The notes beneath the pieces are model-generated. The model saw nothing but the letters and a program-made list of their open reading frames with translations. It searched no databases and was not told where the DNA came from. Shown here one piece after another: positions 20,317 through 42,960 of a stretch of 42,960 bases of DNA. The translations under genes were made by a program, and so were the position numbers. Each line of letters starts with the position of its first letter. Within the stretch, counting starts at the first letter, position 1. The DNA comes from Candidatus Heimdallarchaeota archaeon (GTDB lineage Archaea > Asgardarchaeota > Heimdallarchaeia > Heimdallarchaeales > Heimdallarchaeaceae): positions 1 through 42,960 of the forward strand of contig DAOVET010000014.1 of NCBI GenBank assembly GCA_030668825.1. Direction: 5' to 3'.

Positions 20317-21572
20317 TGACAGAACAATACCGATCCAGGTTTAGAACTTTAACAGATGGTAGCGATGCTCCTCCTGGAGCCGATCATCATATATTTATCG
20401 GACCACAACACCCTTGGGCTGAAGAACCAGCTCACTTTATTATCCATTTGAAAGGAGAAAGAGTGGTTGAAGCTGATATCAGAATAGGTTTCAATCTCAG
20501 AGGGATGGAAAAAGCGATGGAAAATAAAACATGGAGACAAAATACCATGTTAATTCCTAGAGCTTGTGGTATCTGCAGTGCTGTTCATCAAAATGTTTAC
20601 GTTCGAGTAGTTGACAAACTTGCAGGCGTTGAGGATCAAATATCCGAAAGAGCAAGATTAATCCGTATGTTCAGCTTAGAAGCAGAACGTATTCATTCAC
20701 ACATACTTTGGTATGGAATACTTGCTCATGATGCAGGATTCGATACAATGTTACATGTTACATGGAGAGACCGTGAAATTATCATGGACATTGTAGAAGA
20801 TATCAGTGGAAACAGAGTCAATCCAGCTTTGATGCTTCCTGGTGGTGTGAAAAGAGACATTCCAAAGGAAAAAGCAGATAGAGCACAACCTATGTTGGAC
20901 AAACTAATAAAGCAAGTTAAATACCATAGGAAAGTATTTACTGAGGAAGCTTCAATTCGAAATCGTTTGGAAAATGTAGGTATCTTAACTAAAGAGGAAG
21001 CAAAGAAAGTAACTCCCAATGGACCTACTGGAAGAGGTTCAGGATTACCTTTTGATGTAAGGAAAGCAACCCCATATGAGTTATACGATAAAATTGATTG
21101 GAATATGGTTTATTATAATGAAGGAGACATCTTAGCTACTACTTTGGTCAGACTTGATGAAACTTTAGAATCTCTACAAATATGTAAACAGGTTCTGGAT
21201 CAACTTGAATCTACTCAGGGTGAATTATTAGCAAGAGTTAAACAAAGAATCCCAGAAGGAAGCTATTTTGCAAGAGCTGAAGCACCAAGAGGTGAGGATG
21301 TTCATTATGCTATAGCTGATGGTACAGATAAACCAGATAGATATAAAATAAGAGCACCATCTCTAGGTAATATTGACGCTACACTTAGGAGAATGGATGG
21401 TGAATATGTGGCTGATATGCCTGTAATTCTGAGAAGCTACGATCCATGTTTCTCCTGTACAAACAGAGTTATGATAATTAACGAAGTAACAGGAGAAAAA
21501 ATGATTCTGAATCAAGACGAGTTTGCGAGAAAAGCCATAAAAGCCAAGAAATACAATAGGCCATTTTTCTGA
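20316..21572 (+). CDS. Group 4 [NiFe]-hydrogenase large subunit (NuoD-like)
   Basis: GPQHP, L1 motif RACGIC, EAPRGE and L2 motif DPCFSCTNR followed by a C-terminal extension. TAATG overlap with the upstream gene. Confidence 0.95.
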   Translation: MTEQYRSRFRTLTDGSDAPPGADHHIFIGPQHPWAEEPAHFIIHLKGERVVEADIRIGFNLRGMEKAMENKTWRQNTMLIPRACGICSAVHQNVYVRVVDKLAGVEDQISERARLIRMFSLEAERIHSHILWYGILAHDAGFDTMLHVTWRDREIIMDIVEDISGNRVNPALMLPGGVKRDIPKEKADRAQPMLDKLIKQVKYHRKVFTEEASIRNRLENVGILTKEEAKKVTPNGPTGRGSGLPFDVRKATPYELYDKIDWNMVYYNEGDILATTLVRLDETLESLQICKQVLDQLESTQGELLARVKQRIPEGSYFARAEAPRGEDVHYAIADGTDKPDRYKIRAPSLGNIDATLRRMDGEYVADMPVILRSYDPCFSCTNRVMIINEVTGEKMILNQDEFARKAIKAKKYNRPFF

Positions 21573-21584
21573 GGTGAAAAAAAG

Positions 21585-22052
21585 ATGAAAAAAGTATTAG
21601 TAATGGGTGGAGAAGCCCTAAAGAACCAAGTAAAAGGACCTGTGACAAAACATGTTCTAACAAGGATTGCAGAAAATCCACCACCAGATGATATCAGAAC
21701 AATCCCAAGAATTATCGAGGATAGATGTATCATGTGTGGAACATGTGTGAAAGTTTGTCCAACACATTGTATAGAAATTGAGAAAGATGACAAAGATAAT
21801 GGAATGATATGGCTATTAAAACCACAATGCATGTGGTGCGGCCACTGCCAAACCTATTGTCCCGTCGATGCAATTCATATTGATCGAGATCCTAACTTAT
21901 CTGTTTCACTATTCTCATTCAATATTCATCAAGATTATGAAATGCTTGTTGCCAAAGGTAGTTACAAAGGTGATGTAGCTGATAAGAAACTAAGTGAACT
22001 TATCGAAGCAGGCGGCAAGAGGATCAAAGAAATAGAGGAATTCCGAGGTTGA
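21585..22052 (+). CDS. 2x[4Fe-4S] ferredoxin-like subunit (NuoI-like)
   Basis: CIMCGTCVKVCP and CMWCGHCQTYCP motifs. Confidence 0.92.
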   Translation: MKKVLVMGGEALKNQVKGPVTKHVLTRIAENPPPDDIRTIPRIIEDRCIMCGTCVKVCPTHCIEIEKDDKDNGMIWLLKPQCMWCGHCQTYCPVDAIHIDRDPNLSVSLFSFNIHQDYEMLVAKGSYKGDVADKKLSELIEAGGKRIKEIEEFRG

Positions 22053-22057
22053 TTAAA

Positions 22058-22525
22058 ATGGGTTGGCTAAAAAAATTTGGTGTGAATTGTGCAGTAAGAT
22101 CTCCATGGATTATCCACATGAATGCAGGTGGGTGCAATGGATGTGACATTGAAATTGTTGATACTTTAACTCCTCGTCATGACCTTGAACAATATGGTAT
22201 CACCCTTCGTGGTACTCCTCGTCAAGCTGACGTTCTTCTTATTACAGGACCTGTTACTGCCCAAGTTGCTGAGAGAGTTAAACGTGTCTATGAACAGATG
22301 CCCTTGCCTAAATTTGTAGTTGCTGTAGGAAACTGCTGTACTACTGGTGGAGTATTCCAAGAATGTCCTTTCGTTCTTGGTGGTATTGATCATATTCTTC
22401 CTATAGACGCTTGGGTTTATGGTTGTCCTCCAAGACCAGAGCACATTGTTGCAGCTATTGCTACCTTACTAAGTAAGTTAAAAGAAGATCTCATTGGTGT
22501 CGAGAAAAAAGAAGTTCCTGCATAG
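22058..22525 (+). CDS. Group 4 hydrogenase small subunit (NuoB-like)
   Basis: GGCNGCDIE, PRQADVLLITG, VAVGNC and GCPPRP motifs. Confidence 0.95.
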   Translation: MGWLKKFGVNCAVRSPWIIHMNAGGCNGCDIEIVDTLTPRHDLEQYGITLRGTPRQADVLLITGPVTAQVAERVKRVYEQMPLPKFVVAVGNCCTTGGVFQECPFVLGGIDHILPIDAWVYGCPPRPEHIVAAIATLLSKLKEDLIGVEKKEVPA

Positions 22526-22649
22526 GAATAATCTCTCTTTCTTTTTATTTCTATTTTTTTTTATTTACCCTTAATCTTATTTCCAATTCCTTTTTATCAT
22601 AAGAAGGTTAAGTTTTCATTGTTTCTCGATTAAATGGATATTAAGAATA

Positions 22650-24071
22650 TCAATTTGAATTTTGTGAAGCTTCAATAGTTTTCGTTTTGTTTCTGTTTCC
22701 CATGAAATAATAAGCTAGGCATATTATTACTACAGCTGAAACTATTATTATTGAAGTTGCAATAAAAACTGCTTCAATACCGAACTTCTCCCAAACAGGA
22801 GATAAGCTTAATGTTGAGACAGATCTTGACAAGGATACATAAAATCCTAAAGCTCCAAGAGCCACACCTCTTTGAGTATTTTTTGATTCCATTGTAGTTC
22901 CTGTATTCACACCAATATAACTTGTTAAACTACTAGCACTATATACCATGTATACAACAATCAACCAAGACAAGGAATTCACAAAAACCATTAGGATAAG
23001 CATACTTGAAGAAAAAATAAGTGTAACTAATATTGGCCCTTTGTACCCCAATTTGTCAACTAATCTGCCTAGATAAGGTTTGAAGAAAATCAGCACTCCA
23101 GATGTAATCCAAGCTATTTGAGCAACTACATCATAAGAGAATCCCTTGGCTACAATCAGGAATGGAAAGAAAGCCGTTACCATATATTCTAGAAAAGCTA
23201 TCGCTAATTGTATACTGTAAATGAGACTTAGTTTCCTCTGCTTTGTAACTACGAATAATGACTGAAACATAGAGACAAAGGCCTTTCCCAAAGCTTTCAA
23301 TTTGGAATCTACTTGTAGTCGGTCTTCCTTTTTCAGTACTTCAGGTATGAAGAAAGCTAACGCAATTACTCCAATAAGAGAAATACCTGCCCCCCAAGAG
23401 AAAAGAATACGTAGTTGAGATAGGGGATATGTTATTTCAGGTATATTGAAGATGTTTATATTTGATGAGTGCAAAATTGTAGAAATAGTTATTTTTGACC
23501 GTTTTAATAGAAGAAAAGCTAATAAAGCTCCTAATATAGCCCCCAAATCTGTTCCTTGGAACAATCTCCCTTGTACTTTACCTAGATTCTTATTTTCTTC
23601 TACATCAGAAATATATGCAAATATTACTGGCCAAAAGCAAGACATTCCTATAGCTAAGAATGTTATTGCAATAATTACTAAACTCCAGTGAGATGATATA
23701 GCAAGAAAGAACAAGCTTATTGTATAAAATCCAGTTCCAGCGATTAACAAAGGTTTTCTACCAATCATTTGTGAAAAATGTCCTAAAGGAACTCTTAGAA
23801 ATATCTGATAGATATTTCTTAACGCAAGAATGAGTGTTATCATCCAGACTAAAGTTTTAATGTCTTTCAAGTGTAAACCAACATAGGACATGAAAATTGT
23901 CATTGAAAAGCTACCAACGATTCCCAACAATATTGGAGAGAGTCGACGACGATCATCTAGATACAACCTTGTTTTGACTTCATTAAGTGTTTTTGACAAA
24001 AGGTTGTTTTCGTTACTCAATATTTTCAAGTCCCTTCTCTTGTGGATAGCTTTCAGCTGTATTTTAAACAT
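22650..24071 (-). CDS. MFS transporter
   Basis: About 12 TM helices; motif A-like GHFSQMIGRK and GRLVDKLGYK. Confidence 0.9.
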   Translation of the reverse strand: MFKIQLKAIHKRRDLKILSNENNLLSKTLNEVKTRLYLDDRRRLSPILLGIVGSFSMTIFMSYVGLHLKDIKTLVWMITLILALRNIYQIFLRVPLGHFSQMIGRKPLLIAGTGFYTISLFFLAISSHWSLVIIAITFLAIGMSCFWPVIFAYISDVEENKNLGKVQGRLFQGTDLGAILGALLAFLLLKRSKITISTILHSSNINIFNIPEITYPLSQLRILFSWGAGISLIGVIALAFFIPEVLKKEDRLQVDSKLKALGKAFVSMFQSLFVVTKQRKLSLIYSIQLAIAFLEYMVTAFFPFLIVAKGFSYDVVAQIAWITSGVLIFFKPYLGRLVDKLGYKGPILVTLIFSSSMLILMVFVNSLSWLIVVYMVYSASSLTSYIGVNTGTTMESKNTQRGVALGALGFYVSLSRSVSTLSLSPVWEKFGIEAVFIATSIIIVSAVVIICLAYYFMGNRNKTKTIEASQNSN

Positions 24072-24261
24072 AGTGGATTTACAAGATGAGAAATAAAGGT
24101 ATTCTTTCTTATACTCTAAATCTAATTAGTAGGAACAAATTTCTTTATTATTGAGATTCTAAGGTTTGTATGCATTGAGTAGAGCGTTTGCAATTTACAA
24201 AATCCCTTTTCCTTTTCCACAATTTTAAAATAATCTCTTGACATTATTAACATAGGTTCAT

Positions 24262-24927
24262 ATGTTCCCACACTCACCACAATCAGCAGTACCTCCTGAT
24301 AAACTTGTTCAGCAAATGATAGTTCAAGCTCTACAAGCATTCTATATTCAAGATTATGAAACAGGTATGTATTTTCTTCAACAGATTAAATCTAGTTTAC
24401 CTCGTTACATGTATCAATTGAATCCACAGATGAGATCTCTAGCTAAGGAAATTGTTAAGCTTCTGCAAGATGGAAGCTTAGTTCCAGATAGATCAGCTGA
24501 TTCTGTAGCTGAAGCTGCAGCTGATACTCATCCAGGATTATCTGGCAGTTCTGCTGAGTATACTCCCCCAATTGAATCTGTTACTCAAGAATTTAAACAA
24601 CAACAATCAGAATTAGTTGAAGCTCCTCGATTAACAGAAACTGAGATAGAAGAACCAACTGTCGATACTTCACAAGATATTGTTTTTGAACCACAAACTG
24701 AATCTGTTGGTGAACCAGCAGAGGAGTTCCCAACAGCTCAACAAACAGAAACACCGATAACAGAACCTCCATATGAGGAAACTGAAGCTCCAAAAGGCAC
24801 ATTGCCTAGTGATTTCATCTCGGAGTTATCAACAGCAGTAAGTTCTGTAAGAGACAAAAAGAAGAAGAAGAAAAAGGATGAAAAACTTGTTGGTTCAATG
24901 GACGAACTAGAAGATTTTGATTTCTAA
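24262..24927 (+). CDS. Hypothetical protein: helical N-domain plus acidic disordered region
   Basis: 221 aa; E/T/P-rich middle, poly-Lys run, ends in ELEDFDF. Confidence 0.75.
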   Translation: MFPHSPQSAVPPDKLVQQMIVQALQAFYIQDYETGMYFLQQIKSSLPRYMYQLNPQMRSLAKEIVKLLQDGSLVPDRSADSVAEAAADTHPGLSGSSAEYTPPIESVTQEFKQQQSELVEAPRLTETEIEEPTVDTSQDIVFEPQTESVGEPAEEFPTAQQTETPITEPPYEETEAPKGTLPSDFISELSTAVSSVRDKKKKKKKDEKLVGSMDELEDFDF

Positions 24928-25382
24928 TCTTTCTGGTTAATTACTTTAACAACTGTCCAATCATGTCCAATTAGGCTTGTTACTGCAATTTCTAAATCTT
25001 GCATGGTTTCCTTTAGTTTCTCTTTTAAGATCTCTTGAGGAATTGCTGAATAAATATTCTTTATCCCTCCATTTTCTAGAGGTTCTGTTTCTTTGTTAAT
25101 CAAACCTTGCTTAATCATGCTTTGAACAAGACGAACTGCTGTGGTACGATCTTTCTTTACTCTAGCAGCAATATCCATAATGGATCTTTTTTCTAGTAAA
25201 GTATAAAAGTAAATGTTCACATGAACGCATTTTAATCCGAATAAAAATTCAAATATAGGGCAGACTTTGTAAGTACATTCTAAAAATTCACATCTACAAT
25301 ATCCATGTGCTAAACTTTTGGATATTGTATCTGGCAAATCTACTAAGCAAGGTTGAACTCGCTTCTCTTTTTTCGTGGACAT
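24924..25382 (-). CDS. HTH transcriptional regulator (TrmB/COG3355-like) with Cys-rich N-terminus
   Basis: FLFGL...IYFYTL, DIAARVKKDRTTAVRLVQSMIKQGLI wHTH and GGIKNIY. Confidence 0.8.
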   Translation of the reverse strand: MSTKKEKRVQPCLVDLPDTISKSLAHGYCRCEFLECTYKVCPIFEFLFGLKCVHVNIYFYTLLEKRSIMDIAARVKKDRTTAVRLVQSMIKQGLINKETEPLENGGIKNIYSAIPQEILKEKLKETMQDLEIAVTSLIGHDWTVVKVINQKD

Positions 25383-25517
25383 GAAAGTATCCCCTCGTAT
25401 GTGTAGTAAAATCACACATAATAAAGCTTGTGTTTTTACGAATTGCCAAAACAGAAGAGTTTATATGGTGTGCGTAATTTACACACATTGAAGGATATTC
25501 AATGCCGGTGCTCGAGA

Positions 25518-29764
<4,247 letters not shown>

Positions 29765-29768
29765 CTAT

Positions 29769-31892
<2,124 letters not shown>

Positions 31893-32098
31893 TTATCCGA
31901 AAATGGATACCAGATTTCTGCCGTTTTATGATTATTGTCGGGTTTTTCTCCGAAAATAATCTACTACTAAAAAATAAATTTTATCATTTAAAAATACATT
32001 GGTTTGCACTACTAAAAAGGCACAAGGCATCAAGAAAAGGCTAATTTAAAGCGTTCAACCAGACCGAAACCTAATTTAACAAACAGCTATATATTCTT

Positions 32099-32310
32099 TT
32101 AGACAACTACTCTAGTTCCCACCTCACCTTTTATGGCTGAAATTGCGTTTTCTGGGTTGGTAATTATGGCAATTCCTTGGGTTTCTTTTACAAAACTTAT
32201 ACAAGTTTCAACTTTTGAACCCATACTTCCTTTTATGAAGTGTCTATCTTGATGATATTGCATTGCCAAAGCGAGGCTTACCTCACCGAGAGCTTCTGAG
32301 TTTTTGCTTG
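32099..32310 (-). pseudogene. C-terminal fragment of carbamate kinase (ArcC-like)
   Basis: Manual translation ...EALGEVSLALAMQYHQDRHFIKGSMGSKVETCISFVKETQGIAIITNPENAISAIKGEVGTRVVV*. Resembles the carbamate kinase C-terminus (HFxxGSMGPKVEA..FV..G..AIIT..G..GT); the N-terminal part is absent. Confidence 0.7.
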
Positions 32311-32341
32311 TAGAACAAAGAACAATAAAACGTTTAATTTT

Positions 32342-33696
<1,355 letters not shown>

Positions 33697-33814
33697 CAGA
33701 ACAAATCAAAAAATAACATCAAGGATGATGATCATTCGTATTGGAATTTAACTGAAAAAACGATTGTAATAGAAAGATTTTTGGATAGAAAAATTTACAG
33801 CTAATAAAATATGA

Positions 33815-34478
<664 letters not shown>

Positions 34479-34485
34479 CTATCAT

Positions 34486-34878
<393 letters not shown>

Positions 34879-34989
34879 TTATTAAGTTTTATGTTCAAAA
34901 AAATGAGTAAAATCACCTTTTTGTCAATTTGTAATGAGTAAATCTGCTTAAAATACCAGATTCTTCCTTATTGTATCACAAAAACTTAA

Positions 34990-35427
<438 letters not shown>

Positions 35428-35437
35428 GATTCAACTT

Positions 35438-35716
<279 letters not shown>

Positions 35717-35717
35717 A

Positions 35718-35778
<61 letters not shown>

Positions 35779-35791
35779 TAATTAGCCCGCC

Positions 35792-35876
<85 letters not shown>

Positions 35877-35924
35877 TTATTAATTTGCTTGCTATTTTAA
35901 ATGTTATTTGAAAAAAAATAGAAG

Positions 35925-35950
35925 ATCACCTAAAATAGGTGATTAACTTT
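35925..35950. terminator. Hairpin between the convergent tRNA-Ser and surface-protein genes
   Basis: ATCACCTA-AAA-TAGGTGAT with an A-tract upstream and a T-tract downstream. Confidence 0.4.
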
Positions 35951-35975
35951 TTAACCAAATCAGTCAATAAGTTAC

Positions 35976-36554
<579 letters not shown>

Positions 36555-36606
36555 TTACTTAATAAGATATAAGTGTTTTTCACATATTTAAAAAAAAAAT
36601 TCTTTC

Positions 36607-40063
<3,457 letters not shown>

Positions 40064-40120
40064 TCAGCTTTTTTAGCATATTTTGATTTATTACCCCAAC
40101 TAAGAGTTGTTTTATCGATT

Positions 40121-40156
<36 letters not shown>

Positions 40157-40166
40157 CAGCTCTTAA

Positions 40167-40202
<36 letters not shown>

Positions 40203-40232
40203 GTAGGGTGAACAAGAAGCATAATAAAATAG

Positions 40233-41691
<1,459 letters not shown>

Positions 41692-41692
<1 letters not shown>

Positions 41693-42192
41693 TGAGTTTA
41701 GCAACCATATATATATTCATGATTCTAGCGATTCTAGCCGCAATCTTTGCACTAGAATTCAGACGACTAATGTTTTCTATAATTGGTTTGATAGCTATGA
41801 ATCTATTTCTCTGGGTATTGTTACTGACACTTAATGCTATATTTCTAGCGTGGATACAACTCATAGTATATGGTGGTGGTTTTACTGCACTATTTGTTGT
41901 GGTTGTAGCTTTAACAGAGAAACAGAGAGATGAATCATTTGACTGGAAAAGATCTGTAATCGCACTTGTCATTGTGGCTATTCTAATGGGAATAGCTATT
42001 TGGGCAGTTATGGCTTCAGGTCTTAGCATTACATTCGGAACAAGCACCACAGGTGAATCCTTACGTGCTCTATGGACAGAAAGATTAACTGATTTGATAC
42101 TGCAAGCTGTTGTGTTCTTTGCAACATCTATAGGCATTGGATCATTGTTTATTCATCAGAAGAAGAAACACAAGGAGGAGACAAAAGCATGA
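41692..42192 (+). CDS. NuoJ-like membrane subunit
   Basis: LNAIFLAWIQLIVYGGG motif, five TM helices. Confidence 0.8.
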
Positions 42193-42503
42193 TAGAACAA
42201 TTACATTTACTGATTCTAGGCATTGTCTTATTTGGTGTAGGCTTGTATGCATTACTTGGAAAGAGAAATATCATCAAGATTCTTATGGGTATTGAAATAA
42301 TGACAATAGCTGTAAATGTCGTATTTATTGCTTTAGGAGCCAATATTGCTAATGCAACTTTTACAAGGTTTGCACAGGTCTTTCCTTTGATTTCAATCGC
42401 TATTGGTGCAGCTGTATTAGCTGTAGGTTTAGCAATAGCCATCAACAATTATCGTCATGCTCATAGCGTGGATACAGATGAGATGGCTACATTGAAGAGG
42501 TGA
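42189..42503 (+). CDS. NuoK/MrpC-like membrane subunit
   Basis: GLYALLGKRNIIKILMGIEIM...N...AVGLAIAI pattern. Confidence 0.85.
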   Translation: MIEQLHLLILGIVLFGVGLYALLGKRNIIKILMGIEIMTIAVNVVFIALGANIANATFTRFAQVFPLISIAIGAAVLAVGLAIAINNYRHAHSVDTDEMATLKR

Positions 42504-42508
42504 TAAAG

Positions 42509-42960
42509 ATGGTACAAACAATAATACTATTTGCAATAATTTCTGTAGTTGTTCCTATTATTGGTTCTTTTCTATCATTACTATTGAAGAAATTACCAAC
42601 AGTTAGAGACTTCTTCAGCGTATCTACAATAGCAGTATCAGCAATAATGTCAATTTTGATATTTGGTACTTATAAAGGAGAAACTTACTATCTCTTAAAT
42701 TGGCTAAATTGGGGAGATAATAAATCAGGAATATACCTAGATTCATTATCTGTCTTAATGGTGCTAATTGTATCAATTTTGAGTATGTTAATTGCATTCT
42801 TCTCTATAGAATACATGAAAGAAGACAAACACAAAGCAAGATATTGGTTCTTCATTCAAATGTTCGTTGGAGGTATGCTTTTACTAGTTCTTGCTCATGA
42901 CATGGTATTCTTATTCCTTGGCTGGGAAATTGTAGGACTTTGTTCTTGTTTCCTAATCGG
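42509..42960 (+). CDS. NuoL/MrpA-like antiporter subunit (5' part, runs off window; missing from ORF track)
   Basis: Manual translation MVQTIILF...YLDSLSVLM...FSIEYMKEDKHKARYW...LFLGWEIVGLCSCFLI. Confidence 0.9.
   Translation, partial: MVQTIILFAIISVVVPIIGSFLSLLLKKLPTVRDFFSVSTIAVSAIMSILIFGTYKGETYYLLNWLNWGDNKSGIYLDSLSVLMVLIVSILSMLIAFFSIEYMKEDKHKARYWFFIQMFVGGMLLLVLAHDMVFLFLGWEIVGLCSCFLI

Noticed and set aside
20316-21572. Selenocysteine in the hydrogenase large subunit
   Set aside because: All four metal-binding positions are Cys and there is no in-frame TGA.

Overview
Low-GC archaeal core-chromosome window, most consistent with an Asgard archaeon (Heimdallarchaeia-like; inferred from gene content, not from a phylogeny). 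It holds translation and tRNA-modification genes (TyrRS, L40e, NusA-like, Pth2, TruD, RimI, Pelota, NcsA, MtaB), DnaG, Hjc and an RPA2-like gene. It also holds bacterial-type gyrase gyrB-gyrA with a 434-aa LAGLIDADG intein, and a group 4 [NiFe]-hydrogenase split into a soluble arm (19.8-22.5 kb) and a complex-I-like membrane arm (from 40.2 kb), each next to hyp maturation genes. RNA genes are SRP RNA, tRNA-Ser(GCU) and a 5S rRNA. The standout is the 5S rRNA (minus strand, 35473-35654), which is circularly permuted: its 3' half precedes its 5' half and helix I is capped by a UGCG loop. The new ends sit in a 12-bp stem with a bulge-helix-bulge-like motif, whose standard cleavage and ligation would give a 121-nt covalently closed 5S rRNA with the canonical helix III restored exactly. 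All calls come from motif recognition and manual folding; no searches were run.
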